Program-made: the position numbers and the translations under genes
In this document: in pieces, positions 33,754 to 48,449 of the stretch
Position numbering within the stretch: the first letter of the stretch is position 1
How the letters are laid out: each line of letters opens with the position of its first letter
Notes under the pieces: generated by a model
The model's database searches: none
Told to the model about the DNA's origin: nothing
What the model saw: the letters and a program-made list of their open reading frames with translations, nothing else
Source: Citrobacter sp. Cu233
Lineage (GTDB): Bacteria > Pseudomonadota > Gammaproteobacteria > Enterobacterales > Enterobacteriaceae
Direction of reading: 5' to 3'
NCBI RefSeq assembly: GCF_030332225.1
Contig: NZ_JAOWIF010000021.1
Location: 1-64,000 of the forward strand
Length of the DNA: 64,000 nucleotides

Positions 33754-34487
33754 TGAAACAGACAATTACCGCGTTGCTCGTCAGTCTGAGCATGTCATCT
33801 GTTTTTGCCGCTGGTGACGTAAACGTGATGATCGCAGGCCACTCAGAACCGCAGACGTTGACCGGTGCTGAACATCTGATCGATCTGGTGGGGCAGCCAC
33901 GATTAAGCAACAGCTGGTGGCCGGCAGCGGCTCTCGGTGAAGCGCAAGCCACTATCACGGCGCAACGTCAGCAGCAGGCATTACTGGCACGCCTGGCGGC
34001 GCTGAGTGCAGAGGAAAGTGGTGAGGATGCTGCAGCGATTAACGCGCTACGCCAGCAGATTCAGGCAGTGAAGATAACCGGCAGGCAGAAGATTAACCTC
34101 GACCCGGATGTTGTGCGCGTCAGCGAACGAGGCAACCCGCCGTTGCAGGGCAATTACACGCTGTGGGTTGGTCCACAGCCAACGGAGATAACGCTATTTG
34201 GCTTGCTAAGTCGTCCGGGTAAACAACCGTTTATGCCCGGCCGCGATGTGGCCAGTTATCTCGCTGAACAATATCGGCTCAGCGGTGCAGATCGTAGCTA
34301 CGCCTGGGTCGTCTATCCCGACGGACGCACACAAAAAGTACCGGTCGCCTACTGGAACAAACGTCACATTGAGCCGATGCCCGGCAGCATCATTTTTGTC
34401 GGACTTTCCGAAGCCGTCTGGAGCAACGTTCCAGATGAAATCAATGCCGATGTTCTTCGCACCCTGACTCAGCGGATCCCTGAATAA
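33750..34487 (+). CDS. yjbG: Capsule biosynthesis GfcC-like protein YjbG
   Basis: 245 aa with signal peptide; overlaps the yjbF stop. Confidence 0.85.
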   Translation: MMKQTITALLVSLSMSSVFAAGDVNVMIAGHSEPQTLTGAEHLIDLVGQPRLSNSWWPAAALGEAQATITAQRQQQALLARLAALSAEESGEDAAAINALRQQIQAVKITGRQKINLDPDVVRVSERGNPPLQGNYTLWVGPQPTEITLFGLLSRPGKQPFMPGRDVASYLAEQYRLSGADRSYAWVVYPDGRTQKVPVAYWNKRHIEPMPGSIIFVGLSEAVWSNVPDEINADVLRTLTQRIPE

Positions 34488-36583
34488 TGAGAAAAACTTA
34501 TCTGCTCAGCCTGTTGGGGCTGGGCGTGAGCGTTGCCTGCCACGGTGAAACCTGGCCTGCACCTGTTGGACCATCACAGTCCGATTTTGGCGGCGTGGGG
34601 CTGCTGCAAACCCCGACTGCGCGGATGGCCCGTGAAGGTGAAATGAGCTTCAACTACCGCGATAACGATCAATACCGTTACTACTCAGGGTCGGTGCAGC
34701 TTTTCCCCTGGCTGGAAACCACGCTGCGCTATACCGATGTTCGCACTAAAAAGTACAGCAGTGTGGCGTCGTTTTCTGGCGATCAGACATACAAGGATAA
34801 GGCGTTTGACCTCAAACTGCGGTTGTGGGAAGAGAGCTACTGGATGCCGCAGGTCGCGGTTGGTGCACGGGATATTGGTGGAACCGGTTTGTTTGATGCG
34901 GAGTACATTGTGGCGAGTAAAACCTGGGGACCGTTTGATTTCTCACTGGGCCTTGGCTGGGGGTATCTCGGGACCAGCGGTAATGTCAGCAACCCGCTGT
35001 GTTCCTACAGCGATAAATTCTGTTATCGCGACAATAGCTACAAACAGGCGGGTTCTATCGATGGTAGTCAGATGTTCCATGGTCCGGCATCGTTGTTTGG
35101 CGGTGTGGAATATCAAACACCCTGGCAGCCGCTGCGTTTGAAGCTGGAGTATGAAGGCAATAATTATCAGCAGGATTTTGCGGGTAAGCTGGATCAGAAG
35201 AGCAAGTTTAACGTCGGCGCTATTTATCGCGTCACCGATTGGGCCGACGTTAACCTCAGCTACGAACGCGGCAACACTTTTATGTTTGGCTTCACGCTGC
35301 GTACCAACTTTAACGATCTGCGACCCGCGTATAATGACAATGCCCGCCCGAAATATCAGCCCCAGCCCCAGGATGCCATCCTGCAACATTCGGTGGTGGC
35401 GAATCAGCTAACGCTGCTGAAATACAACGCCGGCCTGGCAGACCCTAAAATCCAGGTACAGGGCGATACGCTGTACGTCACCGGTGAACAGATGAAATAT
35501 CGGGACTCACGTGAAGGGATCGAACGTGCCAACCGGATCGTGATGAACGATCTCCCCGACGGGATCCGCACGATCCGCATTACGGAGAATCGCCTGAACC
35601 TGCCGCAGGTGACGACCGAAACGGAGGTTTCCAGCCTCAAGCGCCATCTGGAAGGCGAGCCGTTGGGCCATGAAACCCAACTGGCGCAAAAACGCATCGA
35701 GCCTGTCGTGCCACAAACCACTGAGCAGGGCTGGTATATCGACAAATCACGTTTTGATTTTCATATCGATCCGGTTCTTAACCAGTCGGTGGGCGGCCCG
35801 GAAAACTTCTATATGTATCAACTGGGCGTGATGGGAACGGCGGATTTGTGGGTCACGGATCACCTGCTGACCACCGGTAGCTTGTTTGCCAACCTCGCCA
35901 ATAACTACGACAAGTTTAACTACACTAACCCACCGCAGGACTCGCATTTACCGCGGGTGCGTACCCATGTGCGTGAGTATGTACAGAACGACGTCTACGT
36001 GAATAACCTGCAGGCCAATTACTTCCAGTCTCTCGGTAATGGATTCTACGGACAGGTTTATGGCGGTTATCTGGAAACCATGTATGGCGGGGTGGGTGCG
36101 GAAGTGTTGTACCGCCCATTGGACGGTAACTGGGCGTTTGGCATTGACGCCAACTACGTGAAACAGCGTGACTGGCGTAGCGCACAGGACATGATGAAGT
36201 TCACCGACTACAGCGTGAAGACCGGGCATTTGACGGCTTACTGGAATCCTTCGTTTGCTCAGGATGTTCTGGTGAAAGCCAGTGTGGGTCAGTATCTGGC
36301 CGGGGATAAAGGTGGAACGCTGGAGATCGCCAAACGCTTCGATAGCGGCGTGGTAGTTGGCGGCTATGCGACCATGACCAATGCATCGCCGGACGAGTAC
36401 GGAGAGGGGGATTTCACCAAAGGGGTGTACGTTTCCGTGCCGCTGGATCTGTTCTCCTCTGGCCCAACCCGCAGCCGTGCGGCGATAGGCTGGACACCGT
36501 TAACGCGTGATGGTGGTCAGCAGCTTGGGCGTAAGTTTGGTTTGTACGATATGACCAGTGACAGGAGTGAGAACTTCCGTTGA
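34487..36583 (+). CDS. yjbH: Outer-membrane beta-barrel porin-like protein YjbH
   Basis: 698 aa with signal peptide; last gene of yjbEFGH. Confidence 0.85.
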   Translation: MRKTYLLSLLGLGVSVACHGETWPAPVGPSQSDFGGVGLLQTPTARMAREGEMSFNYRDNDQYRYYSGSVQLFPWLETTLRYTDVRTKKYSSVASFSGDQTYKDKAFDLKLRLWEESYWMPQVAVGARDIGGTGLFDAEYIVASKTWGPFDFSLGLGWGYLGTSGNVSNPLCSYSDKFCYRDNSYKQAGSIDGSQMFHGPASLFGGVEYQTPWQPLRLKLEYEGNNYQQDFAGKLDQKSKFNVGAIYRVTDWADVNLSYERGNTFMFGFTLRTNFNDLRPAYNDNARPKYQPQPQDAILQHSVVANQLTLLKYNAGLADPKIQVQGDTLYVTGEQMKYRDSREGIERANRIVMNDLPDGIRTIRITENRLNLPQVTTETEVSSLKRHLEGEPLGHETQLAQKRIEPVVPQTTEQGWYIDKSRFDFHIDPVLNQSVGGPENFYMYQLGVMGTADLWVTDHLLTTGSLFANLANNYDKFNYTNPPQDSHLPRVRTHVREYVQNDVYVNNLQANYFQSLGNGFYGQVYGGYLETMYGGVGAEVLYRPLDGNWAFGIDANYVKQRDWRSAQDMMKFTDYSVKTGHLTAYWNPSFAQDVLVKASVGQYLAGDKGGTLEIAKRFDSGVVVGGYATMTNASPDEYGEGDFTKGVYVSVPLDLFSSGPTRSRAAIGWTPLTRDGGQQLGRKFGLYDMTSDRSENFR

Positions 36584-36589
36584 TGTGAA

Positions 36590-36670
36590 TGTTGATCGCC
36601 TGGTGGCGCAATGCTTACCGGGCCTACGGTAGGCCGGATAAGGCAAGCCACTATCCGGCAAGAATCTTTG
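36590..36670. repeat. REP/BIME after yjbH
   Basis: ggcgcaatgcttaccgggcctac ggtaggccggataaggcaagccactatccggca. Confidence 0.5.
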
Positions 36671-36757
36671 TGCGAACAAAATATAAACAAAAAATGTAGA
36701 TCTCTGTCACATTTTTGCGTTATACAGGAACCTCGCCACTGAGTAAGAGGTGCTGTT

Positions 36758-37168
36758 ATGACGTCGCTATCTCGTCCGCGCGTGGAGTTTATCTCCACCA
36801 TCTTGCAGACCGTGCTGAATCTGGGGCTGCTGAGTTTGGGCCTGATCCTGGTCGTATTCCTCGGGAAAGAAACGCTGCATCTGGCAGATGTGTTGTTCGC
36901 GCCGGAACAAACCAGCAAATATGAGCTGGTGGAAGGGCTGGTGGTTTATTTTCTGTACTTTGAATTTATCGCGCTGATTGTGAAGTACTTTCAGTCAGGG
37001 TTTCACTTTCCGCTACGCTACTTTGTCTATATTGGGATCACTGCGATTGTGCGGTTGATCATTGTCGATCATAAAGCACCCATGGATGTGCTGATCTATT
37101 CTGCGGCGATCCTGCTGCTGGTGATCACCCTGTGGCTGTGCAACTCGAAGCGGTTGAAGCGAGAGTAA
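36758..37168 (+). CDS. psiE: Phosphate-starvation-inducible protein PsiE
   Basis: 136-aa membrane protein [21 protein letters not shown]... Confidence 0.85.
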   Translation: MTSLSRPRVEFISTILQTVLNLGLLSLGLILVVFLGKETLHLADVLFAPEQTSKYELVEGLVVYFLYFEFIALIVKYFQSGFHFPLRYFVYIGITAIVRLIIVDHKAPMDVLIYSAAILLLVITLWLCNSKRLKRE

Positions 37169-37209
37169 AAAAATAACACGCCGTTGAGGCGGCGTGTTGC
37201 AGGTCAGTC

Positions 37210-38685
37210 TTATTGTGCAGAGACAGGTCTGGTTTTCTCTGCTGCGGGTTCCCACAGCTCTTCAAGTTCTTCCAGTGTTTTGCCTTTGGTTTCCGGCACG
37301 AACTTCCACATGAACAGCGCAGCCAGAATGCCCATACAACCGTAAATCCAGTAGGAGAAACCGTTGTGGAAATGGGAAACTAACCAGGAGTTTTTGTCCA
37401 TCATCGGGAAGGTCCAGGAGACGAAGTAGTTCGCCAGCCACTGGGCCGCGACCGCAATGGCGAGTGCTTTACCGCGAATCGCGTTCGGGAAGATTTCTGC
37501 CAGCAATACCCAACACACCGGTCCCCAGGACATAGCGAATGCTGCGACATAAAACAGCATCGACAGTAGCGCCACCAGGCCGGAAGCCTGCGTATAAAAT
37601 GCAGTGCCGAGGCTGAACATCCCAATTGCCATGCCGAGTGCGCCAATGATCTGCAGCGGTTTGCGACCAAATTTGTCCACCGTCATGATAGCCAGCACGG
37701 TGAAGCTTAGGTTGATTACGCCGACAATAATGGTCTGCAATAGCGCCACATCGGTGCTAGCGCCAAGCGTTTTGAAGACTTCAGGTGCGTAGTACAGTAC
37801 GACATTGATGCCGACAAACTGCTGGAAGATGGATAGCATCACGCCGATGACGATCACGCCTGCACCAAACATCAACAGACGACCACCGGTTTTGCGGCCA
37901 TGTTCGAGTGACTGATTAATCTCCTGCATTGCCTGAGTGGCGAGTGTGCTGCCCATAATCTTGCGCAGAATACCTTCTGCCTGCTCATGTCTGCCGCGCG
38001 CCATCAGCCAACGTGGGCTTTCTGGTACGGTATACAGCAGCAGTAAAAACAGCAGGGCGGGGATACTTTCGGAGGCAAACATATATCGCCAGCCATCGGT
38101 ATTCAGCCAGTTGGCATCACCAGAACGGGCAATAAAATAGTTAACACAGTACACCAGCAACTGGCCAAAAATAATCGCGAATTGGTTAAAGGAAACCAGT
38201 TTCCCACGAATGTGTGCCGGAGCCAGCTCAGCAATATACATAGGTGAAAGCATGGAAGCTAAACCTACGCCAATACCACCGATGATGCGATAAATAACGA
38301 ATTCGGGGACGTATCCTGCTAAATAAACAGGCACAGCATTATCGGGGTTTATGGTGGTAAAACCTAATTCTGGCCATGCGGAACCGATGCCTGAAATAAA
38401 AAATAACAGCGCGGCGATTTTCAGAGAATCCCGGCGACCAAACCGGTTACTGCAATATCCGCCAAGCGCACCGCCGATGATACAGCCAATCAGTGCACTG
38501 GCAACACAGAAACCCAACAGCGAGTTAGCAGCGGATTCACTGAGGTTTTGTGGGGCAACAAAAACGGTATTTAAGGACTCTACCGTACCGGATATGACCG
38601 CCGTGTCATAACCAAATAATAGGCCTCCTAATGTAGCCACTAGCGTAATCGAAAATATATAGCTGGAATTATATTGGGTATTCAT
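37210..38685 (-). CDS. xylE: D-xylose:H+ symporter (MFS)
   Basis: 491 aa MNTQYNSSYIFSITLVATLGGLLFGYDTAVISG... Confidence 0.9.
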   Translation of the reverse strand: MNTQYNSSYIFSITLVATLGGLLFGYDTAVISGTVESLNTVFVAPQNLSESAANSLLGFCVASALIGCIIGGALGGYCSNRFGRRDSLKIAALLFFISGIGSAWPELGFTTINPDNAVPVYLAGYVPEFVIYRIIGGIGVGLASMLSPMYIAELAPAHIRGKLVSFNQFAIIFGQLLVYCVNYFIARSGDANWLNTDGWRYMFASESIPALLFLLLLYTVPESPRWLMARGRHEQAEGILRKIMGSTLATQAMQEINQSLEHGRKTGGRLLMFGAGVIVIGVMLSIFQQFVGINVVLYYAPEVFKTLGASTDVALLQTIIVGVINLSFTVLAIMTVDKFGRKPLQIIGALGMAIGMFSLGTAFYTQASGLVALLSMLFYVAAFAMSWGPVCWVLLAEIFPNAIRGKALAIAVAAQWLANYFVSWTFPMMDKNSWLVSHFHNGFSYWIYGCMGILAALFMWKFVPETKGKTLEELEELWEPAAEKTRPVSAQ

Positions 38686-39020
38686 TCAGACCTGCCTTAG
38701 ACGATACAGCTCTTTTTATCAGTGTTGGAGATGGTGGATTTAACAGGCAGGGAAGACAATTATCATTTTTTACATTGCAATTACGTTTTGTCTTTTCTGT
38801 GATCTTAGCTCTGTTTAATATGTTGCAAGCCAGGTGGGGAATTGAATTGCAGTGATGGAGAGCACGAAAGGAAATAATCATAACGGTAATGCAAAATAAC
38901 ATAAAAAAAGGGCGCTCCGTAGAGCGCCGAATAACAGTCACAGGTTGGGATAACATAAGTTGAGGGTTGCAGTGGCATTGCCCGTTGCCGGGCGGGGTAA
39001 CACAACTACTTTGATGAAAC

Positions 39021-39911
39021 TTAACCTTTCACACCACCCGCGGTCAGGCCGTTGACCAGCCAGCGCTGCGCCAACAGGAATACCAGCGTGATCGGAATGG
39101 CGGAAAGTACAGCTGCGGCGGCAAAGTCGCCCCACAAATAGTTCTGTGGATTGAGGTACTGCTGCATGCCTACCGCAAGGGTGTAGCTGTTCACATCACG
39201 CAGCAGCAGTGATGCGACCGGGACTTCAGTAATTGCGGCAATGAACGACAGAATAAACACGACCGCCAGAATCGGTACCGAGAGCGGCAACAACACCAGG
39301 CGGAAAGCCTGCCACGGCGTGGCGCCATCCAACGCGGCCGCTTCTTCCAGCGAACCATCGATGGTTTCGAAATAGCCTTTAATCGTCCACACATGCAGTG
39401 CGATACCGCCAAGATAAGCGAAGATCACGCCGCCATGGGTGTTGAGACCAATAAACGGAATATATTGGCCCAGACGGTCAAACAACGCGTATAACGCCAC
39501 CAGAGACAGCACCGCCGGGAACATCTGGAAAATTAGCATCCCTTTCAGCAGTGTTGCTTTGCCCGGGAAACGCATGCGGGCAAAGGCATAAGCACAAGTG
39601 GTGGAGAGTGTCACGATACCGATCGCGGTAATGGTGGCCACCTTCACTGAGTTCCACAGCCACAACAGCACCGGGAAAGGCGGTGGCGTCACACGGCCAT
39701 CCGCGTGCTCTACGCTAAAGCCCAGCGCCAGTTTCCAGTGCTCCCAGGAGATCGTTTCCGGAATCAGACTGCCGGTGGCAAAGTTACCCTCACGTAGCGA
39801 GATGGCAATAACCATCAGCAGCGGAAACATGATCGCCGCGATAAAAATCAGCAGCAGCAGGTGCGTTGTTAAGAGACGCAGTTTCTGAGATTTGGGTTGT
39901 ACCATAGCCAT
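39021..39911 (-). CDS. malG: Maltose ABC transporter permease MalG
   Basis: 296 aa [17 protein letters not shown]... Confidence 0.95.
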   Translation of the reverse strand: MAMVQPKSQKLRLLTTHLLLLIFIAAIMFPLLMVIAISLREGNFATGSLIPETISWEHWKLALGFSVEHADGRVTPPPFPVLLWLWNSVKVATITAIGIVTLSTTCAYAFARMRFPGKATLLKGMLIFQMFPAVLSLVALYALFDRLGQYIPFIGLNTHGGVIFAYLGGIALHVWTIKGYFETIDGSLEEAAALDGATPWQAFRLVLLPLSVPILAVVFILSFIAAITEVPVASLLLRDVNSYTLAVGMQQYLNPQNYLWGDFAAAAVLSAIPITLVFLLAQRWLVNGLTAGGVKG

Positions 39912-39925
39912 GTTCGTTGTCTCCC

Positions 39926-41470
39926 TTAATCAAACTTCATACGTGTGGCTTTCAGGTTCACGATGGCCAGTGCGCCTACCAGCAGGAAGATCAGTGTGGC
40001 AATCGCGGCCGCCAGACCGAAGTCCTGCCCGCCACCACCTTCAAAGGCAATACGGTAGGTGTAGCTCACGAGCAGGTCGGTATAACCGGCAGGCGTGGTG
40101 GTGCCAAGTCGATCCGGGCCACCGTTGGTCAACAGCTGAATCAGCACGAAGTTGTTAAAGTTAAAGGCAAAGCTGGCAATCATCAGCGGCGTTAGCGGCT
40201 TAATCAGCAACGGCAGCGTAATCTTAAAGAAGTTCTGGAACGGGCCTGCGCCATCCATTGCTGAGGCTTCGTACAGGTCGTCCGGAATCGCCTTCAGCAG
40301 GCCCATGCACAGGATCATCATGTACGGATAGCCCAACCAGGTGTTGACGATGATAATCATCGAACGGGCAGTGGTCGGGTCGCTGAACCAGGCCGGTTTG
40401 ACGCCAAACAGCGCACTCAGCATCATGTTGATTTCACCAAAGCTCTGGTTGAACAAGCCTTTGAAAATCAGGATCGAGATAAACGACGGGACGGCGTAGG
40501 GCAGGATCAGCAGGACGCGGTAAATCGCTTTGCCTTTCAGGGATTCCCACTGCACCAGACAGGCCAGAACCATCCCTACCGCAACGGTGAGGATTACCGT
40601 CAGGACTGAGAACACCACTGTCCAGACGAAGATGGCGAAGAACGGCTTCTGGATGCCTTCATCGGTAAAGACGCGGGTGAAGTTGTCCCACCCAATAGCG
40701 ACGGTATAGCCTGGACTGAGTTTTTCTGTCCCCCAGCTTCCGTCAGCGTTAATTGCCTGATAGTAACCAACATCGTTGTTAGCACGGTATTTTACGCCGC
40801 TCTGGTTATTGGTAAGCGTGCCGTCATCAGCCAGGGAGTAGAGCGGCTGCGTGCCGGAGAACTGACGCAGTGAACTCATGATAACTTTGCTTTCATCCGG
40901 CAGAATGGCCGTTAACTGCGTCAGCGCCTGACGATTCTGGGTGATGGTACGCAGCGTCGCGCGTTCGCCAGTTGGCAGTGCATCAGCGTCCTTCAGTTGC
41001 AGTTTTTGCTCGCCGCCAAATTTAAAGGCGTCGGAAACGTAATTTTTTCCTGTTTCACCGTCGGTAAGGGCCAGTTGCCACTCATCACCCGCCGGATACA
41101 AGCCGAAATTATAGGTTTTGCCTGCCTGATATGAACGCTCCATCAGAACTTGTTGAGCGCGTTCAAAGGTCAGCTGGTTAGTACTGCTGTAGTTGGTAAA
41201 AGCAATGGCGATGGTGCAAACCAGCGGGAACAGGACAAACAGTCCCATACCGGCGACGCCAGGATAAACATAGCGCCAGGCATAAGTTTTACGGTTAGCG
41301 AAAATATACAGGCCAGCAGAGCTTAAAATCAGCGTCATGATGGCAAACAGGTACTCCCCCTGAGCATACATCAAAACAACAAGGTAACCGACCAGTAGCC
41401 CAAGCAGACCCATCACTGACCATTTCAGCGTGTCGCTTTGCCACCAGTGTTTCTTTTTAATGACATCCAT
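39926..41470 (-). CDS. malF: Maltose ABC transporter permease MalF
   Basis: 514 aa from [13 protein letters not shown]... Confidence 0.95.
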   Translation of the reverse strand: MDVIKKKHWWQSDTLKWSVMGLLGLLVGYLVVLMYAQGEYLFAIMTLILSSAGLYIFANRKTYAWRYVYPGVAGMGLFVLFPLVCTIAIAFTNYSSTNQLTFERAQQVLMERSYQAGKTYNFGLYPAGDEWQLALTDGETGKNYVSDAFKFGGEQKLQLKDADALPTGERATLRTITQNRQALTQLTAILPDESKVIMSSLRQFSGTQPLYSLADDGTLTNNQSGVKYRANNDVGYYQAINADGSWGTEKLSPGYTVAIGWDNFTRVFTDEGIQKPFFAIFVWTVVFSVLTVILTVAVGMVLACLVQWESLKGKAIYRVLLILPYAVPSFISILIFKGLFNQSFGEINMMLSALFGVKPAWFSDPTTARSMIIIVNTWLGYPYMMILCMGLLKAIPDDLYEASAMDGAGPFQNFFKITLPLLIKPLTPLMIASFAFNFNNFVLIQLLTNGGPDRLGTTTPAGYTDLLVSYTYRIAFEGGGGQDFGLAAAIATLIFLLVGALAIVNLKATRMKFD

Positions 41471-41656
41471 GGGGTTCAATCCTCTTTACGCTTTATCTTT
41501 CGCACTACCTCTTTGTTGGCTGCGGAAGCGCACCCCAGTCACTTACTTATGTAAGCTCCTGGGGATTTGCCTCCTTGCCGCCTCGATGTAGCGCGAATGG
41601 TTTGCGTAACAACGTATTCAATAAACCTGATTCCCTAAGAAATAAGGGAAACCGTA

Positions 41657-42883
<1,227 letters not shown>

Positions 42884-42939
42884 TTAACGGTTACTAGTTT
42901 CTTTATACGACAACCTCTTTCCATCCTCCTTACCCCTAC

Positions 42940-43200
42940 GCCCCACCGGTTCTTTATGTGATCTGTGTTACATAAATGTGAGTAATGCGTACTGGCGCAC
43001 ATAAAAACCCAGTGATTTTTGCAACCGACATCACGAAATTCCTCCACGGCGTACAGCCAGGGTCTCAGACGCTGTTCTCTCATCCTCCCGCCTCCTCCCC
43101 CATAAAAAAGCTGGGGGGTGGAGGATTTACGCAGTTAAGGGATAACGCATAGTCAATCCATCAATGAATGTTGCTGTCGATGACAGGTTGTAACGAAGGG
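42940..43200. promoter_or_regulatory. Divergent malEp/malKp control region with MalT boxes and CRP sites
   Basis: Several GGAGGA/TCCTCC hexamers (tcatcctcccgcctcctccccc...ggtggaggat) and TGTGA-containing CRP-like sites (aatgtgagtaatgcg...cgcacata). Confidence 0.55.
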
Positions 43201-43208
43201 AGAAGGGC

Positions 43209-44318
43209 ATGGCGAGCGTACAGCTGCGAAATGTAACGAAAGCCTGGGGTGACGTGGTGGTATCGAAAGATATCAATCTCGACATTCACGAAGGGGAATT
43301 CGTGGTGTTTGTCGGACCGTCAGGCTGCGGTAAGTCAACCTTGCTGCGTATGATCGCCGGACTTGAAACAATCACCAGTGGTGATTTGTTTATCGGGGAG
43401 ACCCGGATGAACGATATCCCGCCCGCCGAACGTGGTGTGGGGATGGTCTTCCAGTCCTATGCGCTGTATCCCCATTTGTCCGTCGCAGAAAACATGTCAT
43501 TCGGCCTCAAACTCGCTGGTGCGAAAAAAGAGGTGATGAACCAGCGTGTTAATCAGGTTGCGGAGGTGCTGCAACTGGCCCATCTGCTGGAGCGTAAACC
43601 CAAAGCGCTCTCCGGTGGACAACGTCAGCGTGTGGCGATTGGCCGAACGTTGGTTGCAGAGCCGCGTGTCTTTCTGTTGGACGAACCGCTGTCAAACCTC
43701 GATGCCGCACTGCGCGTGCAGATGCGTATAGAAATCTCCCGCCTGCATAAGCGTCTTGGTCGCACGATGATTTACGTCACCCACGATCAGGTCGAAGCGA
43801 TGACCCTGGCCGATAAAATTGTGGTGCTGGATGCCGGTCGCGTTGCGCAGGTTGGCAAACCCCTGGAGCTGTACCACTACCCGGCAGACCGCTTTGTTGC
43901 CGGGTTTATTGGTTCGCCAAAGATGAACTTCCTGCCGGTGAAAGTGACGGCAACGGCGATCGATCAGGTTCAGGTTGAGCTGCCTAACCGCCAGCAAATA
44001 TGGCTACCAGTGGAAAGCCGCGCGGTGCAGGTCGGCGCCAATATGTCTTTAGGTATCCGCCCGGAACATCTGCTGCCCAGCGATATTGCTGATGTCACCC
44101 TCGAAGGTGAAGTACAGGTAGTCGAGCAGCTGGGTCACGAAACACAAATCCATATCCAGATCCCCGCCATCCGTCAGAACCTGGTTTACCGCCAGAACGA
44201 CGTGGTGTTGGTAGAAGAGGGTGCCACATTCGCTATCGGCCTGCCGCCAGAGCGTTGCCATCTGTTCCGTGAGGATGGCACTGCATGTCGTCGGTTGCAT
44301 CAGGAGCCGGGCGTTTAA
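43209..44318 (+). CDS. malK: Maltose ABC transporter ATP-binding protein
   Basis: 369 aa; Walker [10 protein letters not shown] and LSGGQRQR signature. Confidence 0.95.
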   Translation: MASVQLRNVTKAWGDVVVSKDINLDIHEGEFVVFVGPSGCGKSTLLRMIAGLETITSGDLFIGETRMNDIPPAERGVGMVFQSYALYPHLSVAENMSFGLKLAGAKKEVMNQRVNQVAEVLQLAHLLERKPKALSGGQRQRVAIGRTLVAEPRVFLLDEPLSNLDAALRVQMRIEISRLHKRLGRTMIYVTHDQVEAMTLADKIVVLDAGRVAQVGKPLELYHYPADRFVAGFIGSPKMNFLPVKVTATAIDQVQVELPNRQQIWLPVESRAVQVGANMSLGIRPEHLLPSDIADVTLEGEVQVVEQLGHETQIHIQIPAIRQNLVYRQNDVVLVEEGATFAIGLPPERCHLFREDGTACRRLHQEPGV

Positions 44319-44379
44319 GGTCCCCATAAAAAAACGAAACGCAAAACCATTCGTAGTTGCAGAAGGTGGCAGCGTTTAA

Positions 44380-45765
<1,386 letters not shown>

Positions 45766-45790
45766 TCCGGCATTAACCTGACGTAATGAC

Positions 45791-45825
45791 CTAAAGAGGG
45801 GCGTAAGCCCCTCTTACTTACGGTT
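45791..45825 (+). terminator. lamB–malM intergenic hairpin
   Basis: AAGAGGGGC-gtaa-GCCCCTCTT followed by ACTTACGGTTT. Confidence 0.4.
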
Positions 45826-45878
45826 TAGCGCGCTATTGCCTGGCCACCGCTGAACCCATGCTATCTGAGGTGATAACA

Positions 45879-46826
45879 ATGAAAATGAAGAAAAGTCTCG
45901 TTGCCCTTTGTTTATCGGCAGGGTTATTTGCCAGCGTCCCTGGAATCAGCCTGGCCGATGTGAATATCGTTCCGCAGGACACCGCCGCTGCACCGTCGAT
46001 TCCGACGGCTGCGTTGCAACAGCTGGCCTGGACGCCAGTCGATCAATCGAAAACCCAGTCAACCCCGTTGGCGACAGCGGGGCAGCGTCTGGACATTGCT
46101 GGTATTAGCGGCCCGGTTGCCGCCTATAGCGTACCGGCCAACATTGGTGAACTGACCCTGACACTGAGCAGTGAAGTTAACAAACAAACCAGTGTATTTG
46201 CGCCAAACGTCTTAATTCTTGATCAGAATATGACGCCATCTGCGTTCTTCCCCAGCAGTTACTTTACCTACCAGGCTCCGGGTGTGATGAGTGCGGATCG
46301 CCTGGAAGGGGTGATGCGTCTGACGCCAGCGCTGGGACAGCAGAAGCTTTATGTTCTGGTCTTTACCACCGAGAAAGATCTCCAGCAGACCACCACCCTG
46401 CTTGACCCGGCGAAAGCGTATGCCAAGGGCGTGGGCAACGCTGTTCCGGATATTCCGGACCCGATTGCCCGCCATACTACCGATGGTCTGGTGAAACTAC
46501 AGGTGAAAACTAACAGCACCTCCAGCGTGCTGGTTGGGCCGTTATTTGGTTCCTCTGGCCCAGGTCCAGTGACGGTGGGTAATACCGCAGCGCCTGCAGT
46601 AGCCTATGCGGCTCCGGCTACCGCGGTCGCCGCGCCGGCACCGCAACCGGTGAAGAAAAGCGAACCGATGCTGAATGACACTGAGAACTATTTTAACCAG
46701 GCGATTAAAGATGCCGTGGCGAAAGGTGATGTTGATAAAGCGCTGAAGCTGCTTGATGAAGCTGAACGTCTGGGATCAAAATCTGCCCGTTCCACCTTTA
46801 TCAGCAGTGTAAAAGGCAAGGGGTAA
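45879..46826 (+). CDS. malM: Periplasmic maltose-operon protein MalM
   Basis: from MKMKKSLVALCLSAGLFASVPGISLA. Confidence 0.85.
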   Translation: MKMKKSLVALCLSAGLFASVPGISLADVNIVPQDTAAAPSIPTAALQQLAWTPVDQSKTQSTPLATAGQRLDIAGISGPVAAYSVPANIGELTLTLSSEVNKQTSVFAPNVLILDQNMTPSAFFPSSYFTYQAPGVMSADRLEGVMRLTPALGQQKLYVLVFTTEKDLQQTTTLLDPAKAYAKGVGNAVPDIPDPIARHTTDGLVKLQVKTNSTSSVLVGPLFGSSGPGPVTVGNTAAPAVAYAAPATAVAAPAPQPVKKSEPMLNDTENYFNQAIKDAVAKGDVDKALKLLDEAERLGSKSARSTFISSVKGKG

Positions 46827-46859
46827 CCATCTCCCCACATTGTTGATTTTGCAACAACT

Positions 46860-46887
46860 GGTGCGTCTCCTGGCGCACCTTTTTTTA
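46860..46887 (+). terminator. Rho-independent terminator after malM
   Basis: GGTGCG-tctcctg-CGCACC then TTTTTTTAT. Confidence 0.55.
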
Positions 46888-47006
46888 TCCTTCGATGCTG
46901 ATTGTTACACTTATGTTGCTCTACCGATCACTTAATCGTGTTTGCTCACCCCGCAAAGCCTTTTCTGCGATACAATGCCCTCAGGTTATGAATCGGAGAG
47001 TAAGGC

Positions 47007-47504
47007 ATGCCACACCCCGCGTTAACGCAACTGCGTGCTCTGCGTTATTTTGATGCGATCCCGTCGCTTGCCCCCCAATTGCTCGACTGGTTGTTACTGG
47101 AAGATTCCATGACCAAACGTTTTGAGCAGCAGGGAAAACAGGTCACCGTAACATTGATACGAGAAGGATTCGTTGGGCAAAATGAGGTCGCTGAAGAGTT
47201 GACGTTGCTGCCGACAGAACCCCGCTATTGGTTGCGGGAAATCCTGTTATGCGCAGATGGTGAGCCGTGGCTTGCCGGTCGGACCGTAGTGCCGGAATCC
47301 ACCTTGTGCGGCCCCGAACTGGCTTTACAAAATCTGGGGAAAACTCCGCTCGGGCGCTATCTGTTTACATCATCGACATTGACCCGCGATTTTATTGAGA
47401 TTGGCCGCGATGCAGCGCTATGGGGGCGTCGTTCCCGCCTGCGGCTGAGCGGTAAGCCGCTGATGCTTACCGAGCTTTTTTTGCCTGCATCGCCGTTGTA
47501 CTGA
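47007..47504 (+). CDS. ubiC: Chorismate pyruvate-lyase
   Basis: 165 aa [19 protein letters not shown]... Confidence 0.9.
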   Translation: MPHPALTQLRALRYFDAIPSLAPQLLDWLLLEDSMTKRFEQQGKQVTVTLIREGFVGQNEVAEELTLLPTEPRYWLREILLCADGEPWLAGRTVVPESTLCGPELALQNLGKTPLGRYLFTSSTLTRDFIEIGRDAALWGRRSRLRLSGKPLMLTELFLPASPLY

Positions 47505-47517
47505 GAGGAAGATAAAG

Positions 47518-48390
47518 ATGGAGTGGAGTCTGACGCAGAATAAGCTGCTGGCGTTTCACCGCTTGATGCGTACGGATAAGCCAATCGGTGCCTTACTGCT
47601 GCTCTGGCCGACGCTGTGGGCGCTGTGGGTAGCGACCCCTGGCGTACCGCAATTGTGGATACTGGCGGTGTTTGTCGCCGGTGTGTGGCTGATGCGCGCC
47701 GCCGGATGCGTCGTGAATGATTATGCCGACCGCAAATTTGACGGACACGTCAAACGCACGGCAAACCGACCGCTGCCGAGCGGTGCGGTGACAGAGAAAG
47801 AAGCCCGAATACTGTTTGTTGTGCTGGTGTTGCTCGCCTTCCTGCTGGTTCTGACGCTTAACACGATGACGATTTTGTTGTCCGTTGCGGCGTTAGCACT
47901 GGCGTGGGTTTATCCCTTTATGAAACGCTATACACACCTGCCGCAAGTGGTGTTGGGGGCGGCGTTTGGCTGGTCTATTCCCATGGCGTTCGCCGCCGTC
48001 AGTGAATCTGTACCGCTGAGCTGCTGGTTGATGTTCCTCGCCAATATTCTCTGGGCGGTGGCTTATGATACCCAGTACGCGATGGTTGATCGTGATGACG
48101 ATCTGAAGATTGGCATTAAATCGACCGCCATTTTGTTTGGTCAGAACGATAAGCTGATTATTGGCATTCTGCAGGTTGGTGTTTTGGCGCTGATGGCGAT
48201 GGTGGGCTGGTTGAATGGCTTAGGACTGGGCTATTACTGGTCACTACTGGTGGCGGGCGCGCTGTTTGTCTATCAGCAGAAACTGATTGTCGATCGTGAA
48301 CGGGATGCCTGCTTTAAAGCGTTTATGAACAATAACTATGTGGGGTTGGTGCTGTTCTTAGGGCTGGCGATGAGCTACTGGCACCTTTGA
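47518..48390 (+). CDS. ubiA: 4-hydroxybenzoate octaprenyltransferase
   Basis: 290 aa; UbiA prenyltransferase Asp-rich motif NDYADRKFD. Confidence 0.95.
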   Translation: MEWSLTQNKLLAFHRLMRTDKPIGALLLLWPTLWALWVATPGVPQLWILAVFVAGVWLMRAAGCVVNDYADRKFDGHVKRTANRPLPSGAVTEKEARILFVVLVLLAFLLVLTLNTMTILLSVAALALAWVYPFMKRYTHLPQVVLGAAFGWSIPMAFAAVSESVPLSCWLMFLANILWAVAYDTQYAMVDRDDDLKIGIKSTAILFGQNDKLIIGILQVGVLALMAMVGWLNGLGLGYYWSLLVAGALFVYQQKLIVDRERDACFKAFMNNNYVGLVLFLGLAMSYWHL

Positions 48391-48411
48391 TTCTGGGTTA
48401 ACCTGCAAAAT

Positions 48412-48446
48412 AAAAACCGGTCAGTTCATTTTGACCGGTTTTTTTA
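48412..48446. terminator. Bidirectional terminator between ubiA and plsB
   Basis: ACCGGTCA-gttcatt-TGACCGGT flanked by an A-run and a T-run. Confidence 0.6.
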
Positions 48447-48449
48447 TGC